A DNA stretch of 64,000 nt from a phage. Positions 38,901 to 48,200 of this stretch are shown here, in pieces; the first letter of the stretch is position 1; each line of letters opens with the position of its first letter. The notes under the pieces are model-generated. The model was given only the letters and a program-made list of their open reading frames with translations. It was not told the DNA's origin and made no database searches. A program made the position numbers and the translations under genes. The DNA is taken from assembly GCA_025812035.1 (NCBI GenBank), contig GCA_025812035.1_4719.1; one strand, written 5' to 3'.

Positions 38901-40325
38901 TGGTTTAACTTCAACATATTCAGCGAGCGTTAATCCAGAACCGTCAGGTGCTTCGATTTCGTGGATGGCGTCAGCATTACGCATCGCTGCTTTATATTGG
39001 ACGCCACTTAACTGACCTGCATCCGCCAGATCGCTCGCACGCACCAACACCGCATCCGATAACGACTGAATATACTCACCATGTGTTTTTGGTAACGTTG
39101 CTGCGTCAAAGACATCAACCTTTTCTTCGGCGGTATCGTCGGGGACGACTTCGAAGAGATCGTCGGTAATGTCCTGATCTTCATCAGGTTGGAAATCCGG
39201 TTGTACTTCTACCCCAGGTACTTCACGAACATCTTCAAACGTGCGCTCTACGATTGCGTTCCACGCATCAGCATCATCGTCTTCATCCGACCCACCGACC
39301 AACTCCGCTTCTAACTCATCGGGGTCAAGAACAGTGGCCAGATCCTCACCGTTAGGAAGCACGACATCGCGATCATCGTACTCCGCATCCGGGCTGTCCG
39401 CAAGAATATCTCGCTCTTGACGAAGAACCTGTTCCTCTTCTTGTTTCTGTTCTTCTTCATTCGCGCTCTGCGACCACAGACGTGTTACCGCCATCATCCA
39501 ACGACGCTGGAAGGTTTCAAGTGTCGTTTTATCGAGTTCTTCCCCTTCCTTTACGAGCCCGGTACGCCATTCCTCCAGCAGACCGAGATTCAGCGTAAAG
39601 AAGTACACACCGTCTGTAAATACAACGTTAAGCTTATCCAGCGTGGCTCTGTCTAACGAAGCCATCGTGCTGTTCTCACGATCGGTTCCCAACCAGCGGA
39701 AGAAGTCAAAGAACGACAGCTCCTCCGGTGTGGCGAAATTCATGAGGTTGTTACGGGTCGGTGCCTGTTGCGTGGTACGCATCAACGAAATCTTCGGCAA
39801 TGTTGACGGTATACGGAACAACAAAAAGTGTTGACGATCGCTTTGCTGGGCGATTTCGTTGGCTTTCGACCAAATTGTTTTACGTACGTTGAACCACTCA
39901 TCGTACCAACGGGTGAGCGTTGGACGATAGATGTACATGTGGTTAAGATGCGCGTAGTTAGCAACGATCTGCGCGTTGATGTTTTTCTCCACCGTGCTTA
40001 GATCGGTAACCAAACGAAAACGACGATGTGATGCACGATAATCCAATTTCGCTCGTGGAAGTTGGAATCGTTGATCGCGTCGAGGTGCGCCCTGTTTGGT
40101 TGCGAGATCATCAGCAAACGAAATCCATAGTTGAGCATTTTCTTTACTCAGCATGTATTCGTTTTCTGGAGGACCTATCAATGATGGATCCGTTGCGGTG
40201 TAATGATAGACAGCATAACGCGGCAGCTGCAATAGCTGCACTAAACGTAATCTCGGTGACAATAGCTCTTGGTATCGTCTGACGCCAAACTGTCGGTAGT
40301 AATCAAGGTATTTAAGTTTTGCCAT
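35979..40325 (-). CDS. multisubunit RNA polymerase beta-like subunit
   Basis: 1448 aa; GIGGRSKTSLRRARDRE...VGIVSEGTKDSGDVGIS resembles RpoB GPGGLTRERAGFEVRD...ETPEGPNIGL; GDKGTF...EDGHTLD resembles RpoB GDKMAGRHGNKG region. Confidence 0.6.
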   Translation of the reverse strand: MAKLKYLDYYRQFGVRRYQELLSPRLRLVQLLQLPRYAVYHYTATDPSLIGPPENEYMLSKENAQLWISFADDLATKQGAPRRDQRFQLPRAKLDYRASHRRFRLVTDLSTVEKNINAQIVANYAHLNHMYIYRPTLTRWYDEWFNVRKTIWSKANEIAQQSDRQHFLLFRIPSTLPKISLMRTTQQAPTRNNLMNFATPEELSFFDFFRWLGTDRENSTMASLDRATLDKLNVVFTDGVYFFTLNLGLLEEWRTGLVKEGEELDKTTLETFQRRWMMAVTRLWSQSANEEEQKQEEEQVLRQERDILADSPDAEYDDRDVVLPNGEDLATVLDPDELEAELVGGSDEDDDADAWNAIVERTFEDVREVPGVEVQPDFQPDEDQDITDDLFEVVPDDTAEEKVDVFDAATLPKTHGEYIQSLSDAVLVRASDLADAGQLSGVQYKAAMRNADAIHEIEAPDGSGLTLAEYVEVKPKAAKLAPAKVMPEADVIVDKSLCKSTLAVWDKHYVEHVMQKDIAAAVVAVQQAGYPVTGYKVEDVVDVMGDYQVITIKLAPVGGVPTTFPVMLPKVRKDGIYVVNGIKYRMRKQRVDKPIRKVSSSEVALSTAYGKVFVKRSERVVNNAGRWLTRQLTAMYYDKSSPLTTLKRGNVFDPAVKVPYYFAVLARNYTQIQFADWDIRLDIKTLPEFIGEDRFNEQLAEGLLTFARNTSGEFLAIDERNQLYICQSGQTPTPVGTFPDFFGINAAKMPIEAADLEFMGVRIPVGVVLSYLGGLTPLLEHLKANYRTVPRGSRMGLASDEFAVSFDDESLIFSKDDRMTTLLMGGFNEYRNYIGYARGAFDNRDIYFNVVDGAGLKVRHLRELELMERLFVDPVSRTLLQNMGEPTDFAMLLLRAVELLLDDWAPNTNDVNYQRFKTYDKFAELVYKDLVGAIRQNENSSQGNRQKISISPVSVWNQILDDSASIVIDETNPMLDIKQGEEATMTGIGGRSKTSLRRARDREYDKSDVGIVSEGTKDSGDVGISAYLAPNANIVSVYGETRPFDEKTDGISSVMSTSALAVPAVDRDDGKRLVFVGIQHNRMIAAEGYDVQPWRTGGETVIAHRVGKLFAAAAQGDGVVKKVTKTALTVQYDDPELGEEVFQLGTIIGKGPGKYYPHDLITDYKVGDRVKDQDVVVFHRLYFKRDWWNPGQVVWRAGVLSLVGILDIPETHEDSSYIFDNLADRLVTPSIKSRTLIVDAHLNIRGLVKIGDHVEPRTILATLEEPIATDLSDESQEAVEALRRMSQYNPRADVHGEVVQIDVLYRAQIEDMSETMAALVGDADKARAKRVKELKLNEATTGRINNSNVRIDGNPLGENQIAIRIFMRYDLGAGMGDKGTFAAQAKSVVSSVGHGVNKTEDGHTLDAIFSGTSIANRIIASPEVVGTVNLGLLYATERAVDIYFNDAK

Positions 40326-40328
40326 GGG

Positions 40329-41975
40329 TTAGGCTCCACGAGGTCCCGTTAAGTTGCGTAATAGGAACGCAACCGTATCGTAACCAATATCGATGTTGAA
40401 TTTATTTTTACCACTTACCCAGAAAGCACGTTTCTTGTGCGAGTTGGTAATTTCGTCAATGGCTTCCATGGAATAAAGAACGTTAACCGAGACCGTATCG
40501 CCATCAAAGTCCCCACCAAGTCCGGCGAGGTACGGGGCTGGAACAATAGTCGTTTCTACGAACGAAGCATTAGGTAACCAATCTGGGTATTCCCATGCGA
40601 TAAATCGCTCATCCGTTATTGGTTCCCAGTTACTATCCAGTTCGGTTTTCGGTTTTGCTGCAACGGTCGTACGCGCATAACAGGTTAACGGAATGACGGA
40701 TTGCATACCCGATACCGGATAACGTGTTACCATCGCTGCCAGGTTATTCCAGTATTTATATCCAGCAATATAGATAAGCTCAGTATACGTAATGGGGTGA
40801 ACATCCGCCCCGGGTTTGTTAAGCATCTCTGGGGGTAATTCACTCATACCACGGAATAACCGAAACGAATCATTATTCACATAGACCAGGCAGAGATAAC
40901 GTCCATTGACCATGATAGGTTCGTTACGCACACCTGGATCGCTTAAGGTGTTCAGTAAACGTTCTATCCCATCCCATGTTGTAAAGTCATCGATGGTGTC
41001 TGGATCAAGCGTGACGCGTTCACGTTCCATCGTTTCGGTATCAATAAGTTCAACTTCTGTAACATCACGGACAAATATTTCCTGCAAAATCCCCGTACGT
41101 AACGCATGTTGCGTTACTGGGAGAGCAGCTTTACTCATCTGGTATAACCCTAACTGAACTGCAGTACAGGAAGGCTGGTTAGGCGACCCTAGTACCTCCG
41201 TTGTGGGGTTAATTGCTGAAATAACGTTACGGGTTGAGTTCCAAACACGACGTGAGCCGAACTTACCTTGGAAGATCCCTTTCTTACCTTGGAACATATC
41301 CAACAACAAAGCGTAGATGTCGTTAAATGTTCTCTGTAAGCTCCAGCGCTGACCGTCGTAAACGGGATCCGAATAATCTTTTAATCCATCCGGGACGGTG
41401 TTAGAAATTGCCAGGAAACGACGATACAACTCTGTGATTTCTTGCTCGCTTTCATACCCGCCTTCTTTTACTTCTATTTCACGTAAACCCGCAGGTAAAA
41501 CCAGTAGATGACGAGTCATCGCTTTGAACATGTTCTCTTCGACAACCTTGATTCGTAGCTCTCGTTGAGCTGAACCCGTTGAAACGAACTTGATATCAGC
41601 GACGTGTTGTGCAAAGAACCCGTATCCTGTTTGTCCTGTTAGCGCATCGGACGCAACGAAGTCACGTTGTTCAGGATCCCAACGCGCGTACGCCTTCCCC
41701 GACATGATATCACCGTAGAGGTGTTTTAGTCGAATGAGACGATCGTAGATGACAGGGTGTAGGATTTCAACTTTGCATTCAATCACCGCAAATCGACGGT
41801 CTCGATCTTCGCTACCCGCACTACCAAAGATGGTGTATGAATAGAAACCGTCATCGTGGAAATTACCGGTGCTTGGATCACGAATGCTCATGCTCGTGAT
41901 CTTGGGGAGAAAACGTAACTGCTGTTTATCGAGGTGTAAAATGCTAATATTAAACGGCTCTCTGACTTTAGCCAT
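40329..41975 (-). CDS. multisubunit RNA polymerase beta-prime-like N-terminal subunit
   Basis: Start trimmed to ATG 41975 (AAAGAGGAG RBS); RRFAVIECKVEILHPVIY resembles beta-prime RMGHIELAAPVAHIWF; GKFGSRRV...NVISAIN resembles [27 protein letters not shown] catalytic motif near C-terminus. Confidence 0.65.
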   Translation of the reverse strand: MAKVREPFNISILHLDKQQLRFLPKITSMSIRDPSTGNFHDDGFYSYTIFGSAGSEDRDRRFAVIECKVEILHPVIYDRLIRLKHLYGDIMSGKAYARWDPEQRDFVASDALTGQTGYGFFAQHVADIKFVSTGSAQRELRIKVVEENMFKAMTRHLLVLPAGLREIEVKEGGYESEQEITELYRRFLAISNTVPDGLKDYSDPVYDGQRWSLQRTFNDIYALLLDMFQGKKGIFQGKFGSRRVWNSTRNVISAINPTTEVLGSPNQPSCTAVQLGLYQMSKAALPVTQHALRTGILQEIFVRDVTEVELIDTETMERERVTLDPDTIDDFTTWDGIERLLNTLSDPGVRNEPIMVNGRYLCLVYVNNDSFRLFRGMSELPPEMLNKPGADVHPITYTELIYIAGYKYWNNLAAMVTRYPVSGMQSVIPLTCYARTTVAAKPKTELDSNWEPITDERFIAWEYPDWLPNASFVETTIVPAPYLAGLGGDFDGDTVSVNVLYSMEAIDEITNSHKKRAFWVSGKNKFNIDIGYDTVAFLLRNLTGPRGA

Positions 41976-42217
41976 GGAGACACTCCTCTTTACCACCACC
42001 GGCGGCGGTATCATCTGAACACACGAGAGACGTAATGGGTGATGGCGTCACCCATCGCTTCCTTGCTTGAGGCGAGGAAGTTATTAGGTTACGTACCTGT
42101 TTGATAAAATCAAACAGGCGATGTGTGAAGTTACGCTTCAACATTATCAATGCCGAAGGTAAACTTCGTGCATCACGTTCCAACGTAACATGGGAACGTA
42201 TCGAACTGGAGGTATAC

Positions 42218-45200
42218 ATGGTAGATAAAACCCGTGTTGAGGGTGATGATAATTGGGACAACTGGGATGAAGACTTCTCCCTGGATCTCGATTTTAACGA
42301 GCCTAAAGACGATCGTAAACCAATAACACGCTTTGCGATAGGAGCGGTTAAAGGTGCTGCTGAGGATCTTACTTCCTACGAAAGAATGAAGGAGATCGCC
42401 AGAAACGCATTGCCTAAGGGCTATAGCGACGGTATGGATCTTATCGATTCCGCCGTCGGATCCACGAAGGAACTATACAATGAAGCCGTTCGTGATGTTC
42501 TTCCTAAGGTCCAAAGCTCAAAACGGTTAGCAGCACAACTAACCAAGAAATATCGTGCAAGCATGCCCGATTTCTCGAAGAAAATTATCGAGCGTTGGGA
42601 GCAAGAAGCCAAAGAAGAAGACGAACGTAAACAGGCTGAAGCAGAACTCAAGCAACGCATGGCGAACGCGGGAGATGATGAAATCGCCCGTAAGGTTGCC
42701 GAAGCGTTAGGCGAGTCAGCAAACCAAAGCGCGGATCAGTTTGCCGAACAGCAAGCAAAAGAAAGTATCCGTGACGATATTGCCGACAAACGGTACGCTG
42801 TAACCAACAAACAAATGAGTGCGATGCAAGAAGGCGTCGCCAAGATGGTTGGTTTCAACAACGAATTCGCTGCACGCTACATGCGTAAAAGCCTGGAACT
42901 GAAATATCGTTCCTTAGCGATTCAACGTGCAAGTTTTGATCAGCATAAAAAGTTAGCCGAAGTCTATATCGGTTTATTACAAAACATCCAGAAGAACACG
43001 GCTTTACCTGATGCAGCTAAAGCGAAAATGTCGGAAGAATTCCGTCGTAGTGCATACCAACGTTTCTTTGGTAATGCGTTAGATGCGATGAGTTCTTTCG
43101 AGAGCCGTTTCTTTGCCGATGTTAAGAAAAACCTTGCCACCAACGCATTAGGTGCTTTAAAAGGCGTCGTGTCTGGAGCAAACGATGCGTTATACGGTTT
43201 AAACGAAGCGCGTGACTCGATGTCCATGATGGATGGGATGGGGTCAGAAGGCGATATTAAGGAAATGCAAGGAAAGATGTTGGGTCAGTTTATTGGCTCA
43301 ACTGTTGCACCATGGATGGCTAATAAAGGCATGATGGCATTACGCGATTTAGCAAAACGTCATCCCAATGCTAAATTCGCAAGTGCGTTAAAAGCCGTGG
43401 ATCAAGGTGGTGAGGCCGCCGCCTACACAACGCGTAATATCGGTAAACTGCTCCAGGAAGATATTCGTAAAAACGAATTCAATCTTAACGATCCGTTTTA
43501 CAAGCAGTTGTTACGTGGTGCAGGGCGTTGGGCGTTCAACATGGACAGTGGACGTAACTTCCGTGTGATGAACGACACCGCTGAAACACTGGCGGAGCAA
43601 ACGTCATTCGATGGTTTGACTTACCGCAGCATCAATGAGGTTATTCCTGGTTTTCTTGCTCGCATTCTGAAAAGCAGTGAAGGCATCCGCACGGGAAACA
43701 GTGATCCCGACTACGAGGTCTATGACGGCATCAGCGGGCAATTCGTGGCTCAGCGCACGCGCGAACAAAGCGTCAACGACACACTGTTTAACAAACGTTC
43801 GTTTGGTTATTACGCGAGTCGTTTCAATGAGGTCATCTCGGTCATCGATCCCGATAAACAGTTATCGGAAAAAGCCAGGAAGGCATTGGCTAAACAGCTG
43901 GCACGAGACAGTGACGCAAACATCGCATTCGACCCAGCTCGTTTTACGGATGAAAGTAACTTCGATCGCAGTATCGACCGTGACGCTATTAAGGAACTTT
44001 CCACGTACTTCCGTGACCGTTACGGTATTCGCGATCATGTCGATGATAAGGGCGAACGTCAGCAAGTCATTGAAAACCGCGGGCAATATTACACGGAACG
44101 TAACCGAGCGGATCTTCGTTACGGTAATCTGAAATCCTTACAGCCGGATATCCAGCGTAACCTTAACCTACTGAAACGTACTGGCGACGTCCAATATCTG
44201 GAACGTATCGGTATCGTAACAAGAAATAGTGACGGTAGCTACTCGGTTAACCACGATCGGTATTTCTCTGAAATCGATCAATACATCGATCGACCAGAGT
44301 ACGCTGACCGCGGCGATGTCAGTACGCGATTAACCGATCAGGAAACAAGAGCGCTGGCGCTGGGTTATCGTGACGCAAAACCATCAACTGGCGACGTCCA
44401 AAATTCTGGTCTGCCGAACATCGATCGTAAGGCTGCTGGAACAGTAACCGTTGATGAAAACATCGGTTACGATAAATGGTGGAATGACGCAGGTGTTATC
44501 ACCACATCGCTTGAAGAACAGAATCGAGCATGGCAAGAGCTTTATCTCGAAGCGCTGTCTGAAGCATCCGAACAACGTGTTGAGATGCTTGCGTTACTGA
44601 AAGCCATTTCTGAGAAAGACTGGTCTAATAACGTTTCGCTGGATGGCGAAGACGTACCTGAAGGTACAGCACCCATTTCGTTTATCGATCGCGCTAAACA
44701 AAAACTCGGTACACACAACCTCTTTAAACGTGGTCGTAATCTCCTCTGGAAAGGAATTAAAAATACCGCACGGTTGGGTGTTAAAGGTGCGCGTTGGGGT
44801 GCAGAACGCACGTTGGGTAGTTTGGTAAATTCTGGCCGACGTATTATCAACTTCAACCGCTTCGTGTTCGGCGCATTATCCAAGGTTGATCAGGTTCCAT
44901 TCGACATTTACGTTAAAGGGGAATCCCAACCGCGTATATTGGCAGCCAAGCTTCGTCAGGGGTTATACTTCGACGAAGCTACGGGAAAAGCCGTAAAACG
45001 GATGAAGGATATCAAAGGCCCACTCGTTGATGCAGATGGAAACATCGTAATCAGCAACGAGGATATCGAGAAAGGGCTGGTCACTCGCGCCGGTCGTGCT
45101 TTTGAGAATTCGGGACTTAAAGCGTGGGCGCGTGAAGGCCTTAATGGGATAACAACGGTATTAAGTCTACCACGGATGTTAAAACGCGGTGCGGTTGAGA

Positions 45201-48200
45201 TCTATAAACAGCTTGACAAGACGCCCGACGTTTACGTCAAAGGAGAATCAACACCTCGCCTACTGTCCATGGTGTTAGCGGCGGGCGGGTATTTCCGTCG
45301 CTCTGATGGACAAGTCATCAAAAATCTTGAAGACATTGACGGTGACGTTGTTGATGCGCAAGGTAACGTTGTACTTACGCTTGCCGACATGCAGAAAGGG
45401 CTTGTCGATAAAAACGGTAAAGCGATTCGTCGCTTAAAAGAAAAGCTTATCAACTTCGGTGTGAAAGCTTTCACGTTACCGTTAACCCTGCTACGTAAAA
45501 CAAAGGACATCCTTAAAACCCTTCCCAGTAAAACGGTTAATGGTTTACGACGGATGGGATTAAACTTCCAATCACCTGATGCATTATTGGTAGGAACAAC
45601 GTCGGGTATGGTAGATCGCCTCGATGCTATTTACCAGCTTCTTGACCAGCGTATGCCGGGTGGTGACAGGGATTATCGCGATTGGAATGGTGACGGTGTT
45701 CGAGAAGGATCGTTGGAAGACCTGAAACGTAAACGTGAAGCCAAGGAAAACGGTAAGGATAACGCAGGCAAAGATTCTGGTAAAGGAGAAGAAAAGGAGA
45801 AGAAACGAGGATTACTCGGAAGCCTTTTCGATATGCTCGGCGATACCGCGTTAGGTAAACGACTCATGGCGAGTCCGCTTGGAAAAATCCTAGGTGGTCT
45901 TGGGGCGGTGTTAAGTGGTGGTGCATCACTAACCGGGTTGTTAGGTAAGGGACTTGTTAGAGGAACCGGTGCGCTGGTTAGAGGAGGACTCAGTGCGGCG
46001 GGATGGTTAGGACGTGGTGCGCTGATGGCTGGTGGGGCCGCACTTAATGCTGTTGGTGGTATGGCTGGACTAGGCGCGTTCCTCATCTCACCTGTTGGGC
46101 TTGCTATTGCTGGCGGTGCGTTGGCTGCTTATGCTGGATGGAAAATCTATCAGCATTTCGCTGAGAAGCCTGACCCAATGCAGAAGCTCCGTCTTATTGC
46201 ATACGGTGCAAAAGGGGACGATAAAGACTTCAATAAGAAGTTGCTTGCGACAGAAACATACCTCACCGATCACGTGGTCATGACCGGGGACACCATCGGA
46301 TTCGATCCAAAAGCCGATTCTGAAAAGATTCTCGAAATCTGGGAATTGTCTCTGGAAGATTCCGATCGAATGAACGAATGGAAACGTTGGTATCTGCATC
46401 GTTTTATTCCTGTTTTCGCTCGTGCGTACAAACTCTGGAAAGAGCATATGCCGGACGAGAAGAAATACATGGAAATGGACAAATATCCAAACGGTGAGAA
46501 CAAAGTGAAATGGTCGGAAGCATTCATCTGGCCTTCCGATAGTCCTGACGGTCCGTATTACGTTGAGGCGAATCCGTTGGGTTCTTCCGGCGCGACGCTT
46601 TATATTGCCGGTCAAGACGTCAAAACCTTGATGCTGAAACAACTCGAAGCCATCAAGAAAGAGTACCAGAATCAGATTAAACAATACTCTCATGATGAGG
46701 CTATTGCTGATTGGTCACGGATGTCTGACACACAGCGTAAATCCGTCGCACCTAATGCGTTGCGAGGCCAGAAAGCGTCATTACGTTTTAACGATAAACG
46801 TTACAACAGTGCTGGTGCTAAAGGACGACAGAAACTGGATGCAACCGCGGTTATCGAAAGCGTAGACCGTCGTGGTAGAAAATGGGTTGCCGGTGGGTAC
46901 ATCGATGAACTCACCAGTCTCCGTGTTCGTGCGTACGGTATTAAGGTTCCGTTGCTAAGCCAGATAAAAGTGCTGATGGAACTCGAAGACGCTGTAGAAC
47001 CGGGCGTTGTCGCTGAAGGTAAAGGCGTTAAATACGGCGGTGATCTTGTCGCTCTCTACAAGAAATTCGCGACGAAGTTCGGAAGAGACGTTAACGGTAA
47101 ACAGGATCAGGATATCTGGTTTGCTTGGATGAACAACCGTTTCCTGCCCGTCTTTTTAACCTATTACCAACAAGTTAGCGAAATGGGTGGTCAAGGTCTT
47201 CTGTCCGATGTGGTACAGAACCTGAAAGACAGCCAACGTTGGGAAATCGGTGAAGCGCTTGTCGCGACGCAATACCGCGATAAAAAGGGTGCGCTACAAC
47301 CCGTGTGGTCGTGGAATAGCTGCGGTTTCTCCGGTACCGAAGCCAACACCACCAGCAGTTCAACAAAGAGCCAGCTCGATCTGTTAAAAGAATACGCGGA
47401 TAAAGAGAAGGTTCGTGAGAAGAACGCGGAAGCATCGCAAGAGGATACCGATAAATTATCGAAGATCCAAGAGCTGATGATGAAGCAGGCTGGGTACGAG
47501 AAGAAAGACGGTGTCTGGCAGAAGAAATCTCGCATTACCGGCGGAATGAGTAATTCCGAAGCGAATTACAACCCCAATGGGAATAAAGTCGGTGCAAGCA
47601 GCTTTACCGCCTCGGCTACTTCCGGTGCGGGATTGGGATCAACCGGCGATCTTACTGGGTTGCCGAACATGGGCTTACAGAAACCTGCAACGGGACCAGG
47701 TCCTGAAGCTGGACGACGTACGCTTGTTAAATCCGCTGTGAAACACGGCATCACCGATCCAATGGAAATGGCCATGTTCCTTGCGAACATCGAACATGAA
47801 TCGGGGAACTACACTCACGTACGTGAGGGGAACTATAAGACGCCCGAGCGTCTTAAACAGGTCTTCCCTTACAAATTCCGTGACGTGCAGGATGCCGCAC
47901 AGACGATTAGCATGGGGCCAGAAGCGGTATTCGAACGTGTGTATGGTAATCGTAAAGATCTAGGGAACACACAGAAAGGGGACGGAGCGAAGTATTTAGG
48001 ACGTGGCTTCATTCAGGTTACCGGTAAAGCTAACTACGCTCGTCTGTCCAAGACCTTGAATAAGGATCTTGTCAGCGATCCGTCTTACCTGGAAACGCCG
48101 GAAGGTGCAGCGGAAGGTAGTGTTGCGTGGTGGCTCAACCGAGGTAACGTACTACGTGATCCCGCAAAACGGGGTGATGTACGCAAAGTTCGTTATCTGG

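Noticed and set aside
43677-44132. Plus-strand 151-aa ORF in an alternative frame of the giant gene
   Set aside because: Out-of-frame overlap with a well-supported long CDS; Ser/Thr/Arg-rich product typical of off-frame translation.
45673-46693. Minus-strand ORFs 45673-46086 (Pro/Ser-rich) and 46088-46693 inside the giant virion gene
   Set aside because: Antisense to the Gly-rich segment of a clearly coding plus frame; the composition is a mirror artefact of that region.
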